64,000 nt of DNA from Octopus bimaculoides (taxonomy: Eukaryota), in assembly GCF_001194135.2 (NCBI RefSeq), contig NC_068989.1:10098842-10162841 (forward strand). The letters run 5' to 3'. The notes beneath the pieces are model-generated. The model was not told the origin of the DNA, did not search any database, and was given only the letters and a program-made list of their open reading frames with translations. The translations under genes and the position numbers were made by a program. Numbering within the stretch: position 1 is the stretch's first letter; every line of letters begins with the position of its first letter. Below are positions 26,162 through 38,884 of the stretch, piece after piece.

Positions 26162-26299
26162 TTATTATTATTATCATTATTATTATTATTATTATTATCA
26201 GTCAATTAGTTAACCATTTAGCCAATTAACTCATTGACTGTGACTAATCATTGAGTCAATCGATCAATCAGCAGGGGTCTGTTTCAGATTTGTCTAGAC

Positions 26300-26510
26300 A
26301 AGCGGTTCTCAATTGGGGTCCATATGACCCTTGGGGTTCCACGTATAAGATTCTGTCATTAAAATTTATGTGCAATAAATCGTTTATACATCTATAATGC
26401 ACAAAATATTTTAACACTTGTTAAATACAATTTCTAATAATATTTAATTATAAAAATACATTTTTCTTTTTTTGAAACATAGAGGTAAAAAAAATGGTTG
26501 AGAATCACTG
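26300..26510. mobile_element. hAT-Charlie-like MITE
   Basis: TIRs (c/a)agcggttctcaa / ttgagaatcactg; 8-bp TSD gtctagac / gtccagat (NTCTAGAN type). Confidence 0.85.
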
Positions 26511-28519
26511 GTCCAGATAGACTTGAAACAGACCTAGAGTAGAAAGAGCATGTCATTGATGAGATTGCAAATGATAACGAAAGGACTTTGACAAACCTAG
26601 CCAATTGATTGACCAAACATTTAATCAATCTCAATTAGTTAAATGCTTAAAAGTTAATGAAATGACTAATTGTAAAATAAAGAAGTCAAATAGAACCAGT
26701 GCATGTGTTCATTATTGACATAATGACCTTCCCAAGATACAACAAAAAAAAAAGTAATTGCTCCAACACATAAAAGTGTATTGAGGTAGTTCATGATCAA
26801 TCTCATGCAAAAGTTGATCCTATTTGTCCCAATCATTTTTTATTGAAATCAAGTAAGAGTGGTGACGGTGATTGTGAGACCTGACCTACTACCATAATTT
26901 GCCAAATAAGATCCTCACTGCGTTTCTGAATCATTTGGAGATTAGCCCCCTTCCCCCTTCACAATGCCTATAACACTTCCGTTGTAAACTACCTACAATC
27001 ATTTAAGATTCATGGTCACAGACTACACATACACACAAGCACATGCATTTCTGGCCAGAGCTGGTTGGGACAAACTCACCAGCGCTCATCTTACCAGGAC
27101 AACATTAAAACATATGTTATGTTTTCCAATCTTCTAAACATCCTTAGACATCACACCTACACAAAGAACAACTACTTATGTTCATACATGTAACTCACAG
27201 AAGATAGTCAATACATTTAATCTGATACAGAATATACATACCCATTCTACACACACAATTAAGTTTACCAGTTCTTTAATAATACTCCAATAATTTACAA
27301 CATAGTCAATATGATGATATCACCAGATTCTTAAGTGCATGGCGTTTTTTGCCACATCAGTTTGCACGCAAATAGGTTATGTAGATATGTAGGCAAACTT
27401 GAAGAAGAAATATGAATTATCAAGTTATCACCCATTAAATTTCAGACTGCTCACAACCACTACAGCTTCCCCAAATAACAGGTTTCTCCTCATCTTTCCA
27501 GTTGAACTTCACATTTAAAATAATAAAGCAGAAAGTCAACACATGATTACCTGTGACTTTTATTTTTGTATGAATGAATATGAGTGAGCAGAGAGAGAGA
27601 GAGAGAGAGAGATAGAGAGGATGTGTGTGTGTGTGGTGTGTGTGTAAAACAAGCAACATTTATTTTTCACTTATTTTCATTTACTTTAAGGTTGTTTTGT
27701 TTACGATCTCTCCCTTTCCACTCTCTCCATCATTTACTGTCGGCTATAAAGAGATTCTCATCAAATGCTAACCCTACAGTCTATTATTATATTGATTCTA
27801 TCTCCGACTGAATACAGTTTATAGACTGAATTTGATTGTTTGGCTTTTTAATATACAAAACCAGGGTGGGTGCAGACCCAATCATTTGTAGGCTTTTTCT
27901 TCAATAACACAGCAAAAGAAATGCAACAGAAATACACACACACAGACAGACACAAGCACATACTTGTAGATAGGAAATAGCAACAAACATAACATAGTAA
28001 ACGCTAAGACAGAGCGAACTGCTGAGGAATGCAGTTCAAATCTTAAAGTTCAAAGTATTTTATCTGAAATTCAGTTACAGAATGCTCGGTTACACTATCC
28101 ATTCCTCTACCACACAATTCCTCTCTGGGGACTTTTAAAAATATTTAAAACCACTACATCTAACAAATTTTATACATAACCACACATACATACATACACA
28201 TACACACATGCATGTATGTATGTATATTGTGTGTATATAGATAGAGAGCAAGGGAGAAATGGAGAGCAAAGGTTACAGTTTACAAAGTAATTTTACAATA
28301 TTTGTATAAACACTGATAGACAGAGCGAGCAGTAGTGAAAAGGTCAGCAAAATGATGCATCTCCTTTCAGTTGTCATAGTTGCTTTTTCTGCTGTATTTC
28401 GTTTCGTTTTGTTTTGTTTTTTTTAGAGCAAAAATTTTTTGATATCTAAATAGTGTTTAGAGTATTGCTGTCTCTTGAGGTGGAATACTGCCACAGACTG
28501 ATAGCATTATCTTGATTAA

Positions 28520-28611
28520 AGACTGAGACATACACACACACACACACACACACACATGTACAAATACGCACGCACTGCATACTAAGTGTATAAGAGTTGG
28601 CATGCATGTAT

Positions 28612-28646
<35 letters not shown>

Positions 28647-28929
28647 CAAGGAAGATCAGAAGGAGAATATATAGTGGGTATGTATGTGGGAAAGAGAGGG
28701 AAGGAAATGCATAAATAAAGGGAGAGAAAGAGGGGTAGAGAGAGAGAGAGAGAGTAAGCAATGTGTGGATGATGTAAGAAACAGGGGTGTACAAGGAGGG
28801 AGAGAGAGTGTGTGTGTGTGTGTGTGTGTGTGTGGATGATGTAGTATGAAAAGCAAGTGAGTGCAAAAACAAAGAGGAGAGGAAGATGCAACAAGAGGCT
28901 ATCAGAGAAGAGATAGAAGAGAACAGTGG

Positions 28930-28998
<69 letters not shown>
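28520..28998. repeat. Compound (CA)n/(TG)n/(GA)n low-complexity block
   Basis: Direct; ends in an N gap. Confidence 0.9.
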
Positions 28999-30184
28999 NN
29001 NNNNNNNNNNNNNNNNNNNNNNNNNNNNNNNNNNNNNNNNNNNNNNNNNNNNNNNNNNNNNNNNNNNNNNNNNNNNNNNNNNNNNNNNNNNNNNNNNNNN
29101 NNNNNNNNNNNNNNNNNNNNNNNNNNNNNNNNNNNNNNNNNNNNNNNNNNNNNNNNNNNNNNNNNNNNNNNNNNNNNNNNNNNNNNNNNNNNNNNNNNNN
29201 NNNNNNNNNNNNNNNNNNNNNNNNNNNNNNNNNNNCCATTTCAAAATAGAAAAAAAAAATGTGTCAAAATAAAAACACAAAAAAAAATACAAAAAAAAAC
29301 TACAAGTAATTCCAAAATTACAGTGCACATGTCTTCAGGTTTGGCGAAAAAAAAAAGAAACTTTTTGAGTGTCAACTTCTACACTTGATGCATTTATTAT
29401 TAAATAGAAAAAGCAATGATAATATTGTACAAGCAATCACTGATAAGATGCAAAAAAGGGGGGGTAGGAAGGCAGGGAAGGTGAAACGGACTCAAACAAG
29501 GGATAAGCCATGGTCAGAGTACACTTGCAGTTTTTTTTTTTTTTTGTGGGCCCAGCTTTAATTCCCAGCATTCGTGTTGCAGGGTCAGAAGTGGTGTGGG
29601 CGGTGGTCTGTTTCAATTACAGCTTTGCTACCCCAAAGTCTTTGAAGAAAGACATGAAACTCATAGATAACCAAAATTCTGAGATGGTATCTGTCTAAGA
29701 AATGTTTTGTGTATAACTAATTTATATCTAAGAATTCATGAAATAGACAGCAATAAATAAGAAGAGAGTCCAACCTATGCCAGCAAGGAAAAAATGACAA
29801 TGATGGTGAGCAATTAGAACTAAAAAGGAGTACTACAAATTCCCTATTAACATCATGTTAATTATCAACCAAATTTCAGTTAAACTTACAATTTACAGGC
29901 TTAGTTACTCACCCCGGGTGCAACAGATCTTTCACTTATATTATATAATGTTGCTCCTTAGAATCCCAGTGAGGCATAGAATTTATGTCTCAGGCACCAT
30001 AGCATTAAATGTATACAAGGCAAATCAACCTCACACCCCAGACTAGTTTATGGTGAGTGACTTTCTCTAAACAGCTTGCTCCCTATTTCAAAAACCCTGG
30101 GTCTTCTCTAGGAACTGAACAAAACACTTTGACCAGATCTGAACTTGATACTCGAAGGAAAAACAATCCAGCTTCTTCTTCTTC

Positions 30185-30219
<35 letters not shown>

Positions 30220-30362
30220 ATAAGGTATGGATTTCAGCTTTGCACATGGAGGCACCATCACCCAAATAGTAATTTGTGTTTCTCAATGACTTTGAGGGAC
30301 TTCTTCACATCTTTCTGTAAACATGCGTTTATTACATTTACCATTAGTTCTATCATCATGAA

Positions 30363-30597
30363 GGCACGTGGCTCGGTGGTTAGAGTAGTGGGTTTACAAT
30401 TGTGAAGTTCTGGGTTCGATTCCCAGACCAGCCTGTGTTGTGTTCTTGAGCAAGACACTTTACTTCACATTGCTTTGCTCCAATTCACTCAGTTGTAGAA
30501 ACGGTTTGCAATGTCACGGGTGCCAAGCCGTATTGGCCTTTGCTTATCCCTTGGACAACACCAGTGGCGTGGAGAGGGGAGACTGGTATGCATGGGC
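30363..30597 (+). mobile_element. SINE family C (tRNA head, CORE-like body)
   Basis: tggctcggtggttagag (A box), gggttcgattccc (B box), gttcttgagcaagacacttt. Confidence 0.88.
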
Positions 30598-30620
30598 AAT
30601 GTTTTTAGTTGGAGTTATGT

Positions 30621-30732
30621 GTGTCAAAACAGGAAGTGTGTGTAAGGGGAGACAAATGTTTTTAGTTGGAGTTATGTATAACTCCAACTAAAAACATTTA
30701 TCTCCCCTTACACACACTTCCTGTTTTGACAC
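30621..30732. repeat. Near-perfect 55-bp inverted repeat with 2-nt centre
   Basis: 30621-30675 vs 30678-30732, 54/55 complementary. Confidence 0.95.
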
Positions 30733-30995
30733 CACACTTCCTGCTTAACACAAACTTTTAACCCTTTTTTTAAACCTAACACAACTCTCAATTCTCATGC
30801 ATCCTTATTTTTCCAACCATTATCTACATGGATTACCATTGAACTTTAAAAGCTCAAAGACAATATAATGTATTGGTATAGTTATTTTTTTATATAAAAA
30901 ATTTTTTATATATTATTTTCTTCATTTTGTACTTCTTTGTAAAAAACATTTTCATTCTCCTTCTTGAAAATTTGCTTCACAATGAAAGCCGGTTA

Positions 30996-31055
30996 GAAAT
31001 CTTTATTAAAACATGCTTCCAATTTGAAATCTTTATTAAAACATGCTTCCAATTT
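30996..31055. repeat. 30-bp tandem duplication
   Basis: gaaatctttattaaaacatgcttccaattt twice. Confidence 0.9.
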
Positions 31056-31616
31056 AGCATTCTGCCTTATTCTTCATTTTCCTATTATTTCTCCACGTGC
31101 GGTTAACACAACCCCACTATTTACTGACTTATGTATATATATATGTGTAGTTAATACTTAACTGGACTCGCATCTCATTCTCATAAGGATAAATAGGAAT
31201 CTCCTAGATTCTATTCTTCTGCTATTTCCTTTCTCAAGTTCATTGTAAGAATTTTGTGTATACTTCCTCCACTGAAGAGTACATCAATATATAATTAATT
31301 AATTAATTTAATTTAATTTAATTCAATTCAATCATGAATTTGCATTATTTTTCTCTATCTGTACGAAATGATCGTCTGCTTGAATTAAAATTCTCTTATA
31401 TATTTTAACAACTTCTCTTCCTCCATTCTTAACTAAATTGTTGAGTTTTATGGGATTTCTTTCCATAAATTCACAACACATCATATACAAGTATTATTTT
31501 CATATTCACAAAATTTACGCCTGTAAACTCCCAGCAAAATATGAAGAATCAACATTAGAAATCTTTTTTGGAAACCTCCAGATTAAAGGACAAATCTACA
31601 CCTATAGATATATATG

Positions 31617-31757
31617 TATCATCATCATCATTTACTGTCCATTATCCATACTGGTATGGGTTAGATGGTTAAATGGAACTGGTAAGCTGAAGAGCTGCAC
31701 TAGGTTCCAGTCTGATTTGGTTCGGTTTCTACAACTGGATGCCTTTCCTAATGCCAA
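31617..31757 (-). mobile_element. RTE-tail-type repeat, 3' end
   Basis: (atc)n then tccatactggtatggg...gtttctacaactggatgcctttcctaatgcc. Confidence 0.75.
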
Positions 31758-31770
31758 GATATATATATAT

Positions 31771-31822
<52 letters not shown>

Positions 31823-31824
<2 letters not shown>

Positions 31825-32008
31825 GAGAATGTACGAAAAAAACAACAACAGACGAGGACAGGTGGTGTAAACAACAAAAGGATGTATTAGTATGACGCTC
31901 GGGAATACGGAAAGTCTTTAACGTTTCGAGCTACGCTCTTCAACAGAAAGAATACGGAGAAAACAAGGAGAAAAAAAATTGAATGGTGTTTGGTCAACGA
32001 TCTATCAT
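31823..32008 (-). mobile_element. Penelope-like terminal fragment abutting (TA)n
   Basis: CpG-rich segment unrelated to the local SINEs, carrying a hammerhead-like motif. Confidence 0.65.
31916..31950 (-). ncRNA. Minimal hammerhead-like motif (A6U core variant)
   Basis: CTTT|CTGTTGA|A|GAGC-gta-GCTC|GAAAC|GTT^AAAG: perfect stem I (4 bp) and stem II (4 bp), palindromic AACGTT stem III. Confidence 0.6.
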
Positions 32009-32011
32009 TGC

Positions 32012-32110
32012 TTACGAAGTTTCACGAGGTATGAAACATATGTAGCCTGAATTTTATTAATTCCATTCCCTTATTCTTGGAGATATACACACACACATAA
32101 AAACATTTCC

Positions 32111-32145
<35 letters not shown>

Positions 32146-32709
32146 TATATAAGCATTTACATATATATCCATACATATATACACATACAAATATATATAC
32201 ACATAAATATATACACACATATATATATATATATATATATATCCATATCAGGGAACATGTATCAGGTAATTTTTATTGTATACAGAATGCTATGTCAGTG
32301 ACAGCCAAGATAGAGAACTTCAAGTAGTCTGCAGAAGATATGAAAACCAACTTTTAGGAACGATAGTGATTCATTGGCGCAGAAGGTTGTGAATTTTTCC
32401 TGCATCAATGTACGATAAGCTGAACTATTTTATAGTCCACAGCAACAGGGTTTGCTGCATATGCAAATAAATATCCAAACCTTAGGGAATCCCCTGCAAG
32501 TTAACACAGGGTCTCCTAACGACAATGTAAACACTATGTAATCAAGATAGCCTTGTCCTGAAGAGTAGCTTGCACTCTACCACTCATTTGGGTAATTACT
32601 ATTTACGAAGTTTCACTAGGTATGAAACATATGTAGCCTGAATTTTATTAATTCCATTCCTTTATTCTTGGAGATATATATACACACACACACACATAAA
32701 AACATTTCC

Positions 32710-32744
<35 letters not shown>

Positions 32745-32780
32745 AGCATTTACATATATATCCATACATATATACACATA
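32012..32780 (+). repeat. Local direct duplication (~175 bp, offset 591)
   Basis: ttacgaagtttcac(g/t)aggtatgaaacatatgtagcctgaattttattaattccattcc... at 32012 and 32603. Confidence 0.9.
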
Positions 32781-32941
32781 TATATACACAAATATATACA
32801 CACACATATATATACATATGTATAAACACATACATACATATACATACACACACATATACATATGTATAAACACATATATACATACACACACATATACATA
32901 TATGTATATACACACACATATATATCTACATACATATATGC

Positions 32942-32972
<31 letters not shown>

Positions 32973-33016
32973 CACACATATATATATACATATATGTATA
33001 TACACACACATATATC

Positions 33017-33066
<50 letters not shown>

Positions 33067-33832
33067 TATACGCGCACGCACACACACACACACACATATA
33101 TATATCAGTATAGCAACTAAGGATGATCACTACAACTGATTTCTGCTGGTATGTCTCAGATTGAAACAGAAACCGAAACCAAGAAGTGTACATCGGTGTG
33201 TTCTGGAGAAGAAGTACAGCCATTTTCATCTGGATCTCTATTAGTCTCTGCTTCAAATTCACAGCACACCGACATACATCACTCTGGAGTTTGGCTGCTT
33301 ATGTTTTAATTCCATACATATTTATTGTTGGAACCAGCAAAGGAGTTAGTCATTTCCAAAAGAATAGGTGAATAAGAGCACCATGTTACGAAACATAAAT
33401 AACAGGGGGGAAGGATTGGTGGGGAGGAAGGATCGGTGGGAGGGGTGTCAGTGGCAGTGAGTGTAACACCCATCTGGTACTACCTTTTTTTTTTTTTCTC
33501 TTTATTCATTCCTGCTAAATAGGATAACATGCACACACACACACATGCAAAATTGTACATGCAAATTGTCGAACATGTACAAAACACAGACATGTCCGCA
33601 TGCGCCATTCGCTCGCACGTTATGATTTAAACATTTCTGTGTTCATAGAGCAGACATTAGGCAACAACAACAAAAAACAAATGATTTCTATTTTCTGTTC
33701 TACATTTTTTTTTTTTTTAACTTCTCAGCTAGTTAGGTGGGTTGTCAAAACAGAAGACAATTCATAAATCATGCAGGAAGATAGGAGAAATATTCATACA
33801 ACACCCACCGCCCCACCAACACAAACACAAAC

Positions 33833-33868
<36 letters not shown>

Positions 33869-35040
33869 AGAGAGAGAAAGAGAGAATACGGTTGATATTC
33901 TTGTNNNNNNNNNNNNNNNTCAGATCTCTGACCAGCAAACTGATGTGATGCCACTTTCGCTTCATTCCGTATCTCACAGGAAACTTACTACTTAAAAAAA
34001 AAATGAAACACAAACACACAGGTTTATAAACACGCATGCACACATGCACAAACACACAGGCACAAACACACACGCACAAACACACACATATATACAGAGT
34101 AGTTAATTTTGATCACAGTAAGATAGTATTTTCATAATCCATTGCAAACTTCTTGAGAGACATTTATCAATAAATATCAATAATGCTTCCCAATATTGAG
34201 AAGATTTCAGCAAACACAGGCACCATATGCATTCACAGATTTTACACTGGTGTGAATAATTTCAATTAACTTTGCTTTATAGAGGAATGTCAAGAAAAAA
34301 ACAAAAATATTTCAAAAACAGTAAAAAAAAAAAAAAATGCAGATAAATAGAAGCTAGTAATGAATTAAAGTTTCTATTCATTATTTAGTTATTTATGTTT
34401 ATTTATTTTTATTTATTTTTATTCATTTATGAATTAAAGTGTAAATAAATTTATAATTTTTTTTTCCTCCCCATAAAATGAGTCATTGATAAATATATTA
34501 AGATCTCAGATAATGGCTACTTATGGCAATTGAGGTTTTCTAACTTGCGTAACATTACAATTGAAAAATCTTTATCAGATTCCTAGTTGACTCTTCTGCT
34601 TTCAATATTTCCCCAACTTCCAGCGAAAGTGTTTAATGTACGTGAAGGAGAGGAGCAGCAGTTGCAGCAGCATTAATGATGATGAAGAGTCTGGAAGCAA
34701 GGCTGTTGCCACTAAGAAGTTAAAAGTTTTTGGCGACATAAGTTCACAACTCAATTTTGAATTCACAGATTGAATTCACATATTTCGTCTCCCTGTCGTC
34801 ACTAACACCAAAGGAAAAGAATGAACACCCTCGACATAGCATTTCTTTTCCTCTGTAGATCTAACAGCTCTGGTGCTTCCCCAGCCCCTACCAACACCAC
34901 TCCCTGAAAGCTAGAACTGATCTAATGTTTGCTTACATAAGTAAATCAACAAATGAAGAAAACAGAGGAGTAAAAGGGAAAATGAAATAACCTTCATATA
35001 TTTCAGGTACAAAACAAATCATCAGAAATGAACACCTTGA

Positions 35041-35482
35041 CCCTTTAGCATTTAAATTGACCAATATCTGGCCCAAATATTCTACCTGCTTTACGTTCAA
35101 ACAAGCCAAGTCTGGCCTCTTGCACTTATCCTTTTATGTTATTCTAAATACAAACAACCACATCATTGAAAGCTTCAAGATAATGCACAATTAATATAAA
35201 ACAATCCTTTCTACTAAAGGCACAAGGCCTGAAATTCTGGGGGAGGGGACTAGTCAATTACATCAACCCCAGTGTTTCACTGGTGCTTAATTCATCGACC
35301 CTGAAAGGATGAAAGGCAAAGTCGACCTCGGCGGAATTGGAACTCAGAACATAGCAACAAGCGAAACACCGCTAAGCATTTCGTCCAGCATCCTAATGAT
35401 TCTGTCAGCTCGTCACCTTTTTTAATATAAAATACGAATAAATAAGCATTGCACTTGACAGAATAATCTGAAAGCTAAAGGG
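35041..35482. mobile_element. piggyBac-like MITE containing a SINE
   Basis: ccctttagcatttaa ... aaagctaaaggg|TTAA. Confidence 0.8.
35205..35420 (-). mobile_element. SINE family B nested in MITE
   Basis: gatgaaaggcaaagtcgacctcggcggaatt; TSD ttaatataaaa at 35191-35201 and 35422-35432. Confidence 0.88.
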
Positions 35483-35499
35483 TTAAAGAAAGTCTACAT

Positions 35500-36151
35500 C
35501 AGTGGTTCTCAACCCCTTTTTTACATATGGACCCATTTGATTTCTATTTTACCTGGATGAACCTTCTTAGTCATCTGATACTCTTTTACTCTTTTACTTG
35601 TTTCAGTCATTTGACTGGGGCCATGCTGGAGCACCGCCTTTAGTTGAGAAATTTGACCCCAGGACTTATTCTTTGTAAGCCTAGTACTTATTCTATCGGT
35701 ATCTTTTGCCGAAATGCTAAATTACAGGGACGTAAACACACCAGCATCGGTTGTCAAGCGATGTTGTGGGGACAAACACAGACACACAAACACATACACA
35801 TATATATATATACATATATACGACAGGCTTCTTTCAGTTTCCGTCTACCAAATCCACTCATAAGGCTTTGGTCGGCCCAAGGCTATAGTAGAAGACACTT
35901 GCCCAAGGTGTCACACAGTGGGACTGAACCCAGAACCATGTGGTTGGTAAGCAAGTTACTTACCACACAGCCACTCCTGATGTTTAGAAAAATATTATAT
36001 TTTTATAATTAACTCTTATTAAGAACTACATTAAAAAATTTTTTTATATTTTGTGTATCGTAGAAGAATAACCAATTCATTACAAATAAATTTTAACTAA
36101 ATCTAATATGGACCCCCAAGGGCTTTTTCGGACCCCAACTGAGAACCACTA
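35500..36151. mobile_element. hAT-Charlie-like MITE containing a SINE
   Basis: cagtggttctcaacc ... actgagaaccacta; degenerate 8-bp TSD gtctacat/gtatatgt. Confidence 0.7.
35578..35978 (-). mobile_element. SINE family A, full length, nested
   Basis: Reverse complement of the 3801-4195 type. Confidence 0.92.
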
Positions 36152-37053
36152 GTATATGTAGATACTGGTGTATTGATCACTGTATGGGCATTGATCCTAC
36201 TTTGTCCACATAGAGTTGGTTGTTCATTTCTGATGATGGGCCTTTGTGCCTGAAATATATAAAGGTTATTTAAGTTTTCCTTTTGCATTGTTAGAAGCTC
36301 TCATTCTTCGTTATTTGTTATTTGACTTCTGTATCATAATGCTTCCAGCAAACTACAATGCCTTTCTTTGCTTACAGATTCTGAAGTTCGTTATTACTTG
36401 GTTTTTTTTTTCTTCTTTTTTTCATAAAGAATATTTAAAATTTCCAACTGAGAACAACCATTAACTTGAGCATGCAAACACACATACACATAGAATCTAT
36501 TGTGATATTGTAAGAAAGAAGCAGAGAGAGGGAGAGAGAGGGAGAGACAGAAAGACAGAGAGTACGTGGAGGAAGAAGAAAAAAACCAGTAGCTGAGGCA
36601 TGAATAGAGTGAGATTTTATAGGAAGAAGTATATCAGTACATCAGCCCAGCCACACCAGGAAACTTTGTAAGAATAAGCAACAGCCACCAAGAACACAAT
36701 ATCATGTGATTTTTTCACAATAAATCTCCCCAGATATGGATGGGAATGGGGTGGGGGTGGGGGGATAAGTAATGTAATGGAGGTGCTGGTTACACGTATC
36801 AATAACCGATTGTATTTCTTAGGTGTTAAATAAAAAGCATCCCATCGATCTTGTTTCGTTCTCCACATGTAATGCGGTTGTATAAATGCAGGAGTTACAA
36901 GCGAACCCGCTGTAACTCAAAGAGGTTCCGTCATTTAAGTTAATGCACATCTTCACCTAGCAACAGTGAACTTGTTGCCGGTTTTTGATTTGGTGAACGA
37001 GTCAAACCAGTTTCACAGGTCACTGTGTTATAATATGCAATTTATATAATTCT

Positions 37054-37098
<45 letters not shown>

Positions 37099-38884
37099 NN
37101 NNNNNNNNNNNNNNNNNNNNNNNNNNNNNNNNNNNNNNNNNNNNNNNNNNNNNNNNNNNNNNNNNNNNNNNNNNNNNNNNNNNNNNNNNNNNNNNNNNNN
37201 NNNNNNNNNNNNNNNNNNNNNNNNNNNNNNNNNNNNNNNNNNNNNNNNNNNNNNNNNNNNNNNNNNNNNNNNNNNNNNNNNNNNNNNNNNNNNNNNNNNN
37301 NNNNNNNNNNNNNNNNNNNNNNNNNNNNNNNNNNNNNNNNNNNNNNNNNNNNNNNNNNNNNNNNNNNNNNNNNNNNNNNNNNNNNNNNNNNNNNNNNNNN
37401 NNNNNNNNNNNNNNNNNNNNNNNNNNNNNNNNNNNNNNNNNNNNNNNNNNNNNNNNNNNNNNNNNNNNNNNNNNNNNNNNNNNNNNNNNNNNNNNNNNNN
37501 NNNNNNNNNNNNNNNNNNNNNNNNNNNNNNNNNNNNNNNNNNNNNNNNNNNNNNNNNNNNNNNNNNNNNNNNNNNNNNNNNNNNNNNNNNNNNNNNNNNN
37601 NNNNNNNNNNNNNNNNNNNNNNNNNNNNNNNNNNNNNNNNNNNNNNNNNNNNNNNNNNNNNNNNNNNNNNNNNNNNNNNNNNNNNNNNNNNNNNNNNNNN
37701 NNNNNNNNNNNNNNNNNNNNNNNNNNNNNNNNNNNNNNNNNNNNNNNNNNNNNNNNNNNNNNNNNNNNNNNNNNNNNNNNNNNNNNNNNNNNNNNNNNNN
37801 NNNNNNNNNNNNNNNNNNNNNNNNNNNNNNNNNNNNNNNNNNNNNNNNNNNNNNNNNNNNNNNNNNNNNNNNNNNNNNNNNNNNNNNNNNNNNNNNNNNN
37901 NNNNNNNNNNNNNNNNNNNNNNNNNNNNNNNNNNNNNNNNNNNNNNNNNNNNNNNNNNNNNNNNNNNNNNNNNNNNNNNNNNNNNNNNNNNNNNNNNNNN
38001 NNNNNNNNNNNNNNNNNNNNNNNNNNNNNNNNCAGATGGACAGAGGGATGGAGGGAGGGAGAGAGGAAAAAAGAAAGAAAGAAAGAAAGAAGCCAAAGCT
38101 GACATCAGTGAGATATGAACTCGGCACATAAAGAGCCTGAACAGAAACTTGCAAGGTATTCTGTCTGTTGCCCTAACAACGCTGCCAAACATGTGTGAAA
38201 TTAACACCTGACTGAGGCTCCAAAAGAATAAAATTATTATTACTTTTAACTTATTTACTGCTAAAATTGATCCTCAAACGAGCTACGAGATTACTTAGAA
38301 ATGATTAAACAATCTATTTGTTCTTCTGGCACTGGCACCTCTACATTTAGAACTGATTGCAAGTAAAATTAAATGATGTTGTTGCAAGCGTTGTTGATGC
38401 TGTTGTTGATGAGGAGGATGCTGACAACGACGACGATGATGGCAATGACAACGTCATTCTACCTTCTCTTCAGATTTTAATTACACACACACACACACAC
38501 ACACACACATGCGCAAGCATGTACACATACACGGGCACACGTACATACCTTAAGCAAAGCAATTTCAGCAAGACTCTCAGAGATGCAAACAACACCTTCT
38601 TGTCTAAACAATCCACAATATTTTACCTTGTATCTTTAAAGTTATAATAATAATGCTGATCGCCCACATTAATAATAACAAATTTTGCATTGCCGCAGGA
38701 CAGCATATTTGTAGGGAGAAAGTCTAATCAACTGATAAAAATGCCAGAAGGACAAAATGTAAAGCTGAACCCCATAATATTTGATGAACCCAGAACAAAG
38801 ATGGACAAAACTAAATACTGAAACTACTCTCATTAACAACAGAAATAATTTGTTTAGTCATTTATACACAGCTCAATGATCTCT

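Noticed and set aside
29600-29645. Minus-strand peptide RLWGSKAVIETDHRP resembling the Gypsy RNase H motif F...TDH.PL
   Set aside because: Only about 15 residues, no LTRs or other pol motifs nearby; chance cannot be excluded.
30363-30432. tRNA gene interpretation of the SINE heads (also 726, 3801)
   Set aside because: A/B boxes present but no complete cloverleaf, and each continues into a multicopy SINE body.
33140-33310. Short ORFs on both strands (MSQIETETETKK..., MSVCCEFEAETNRDPDENG...)
   Set aside because: Under 60 aa, weak splice signals, no recognisable domain.
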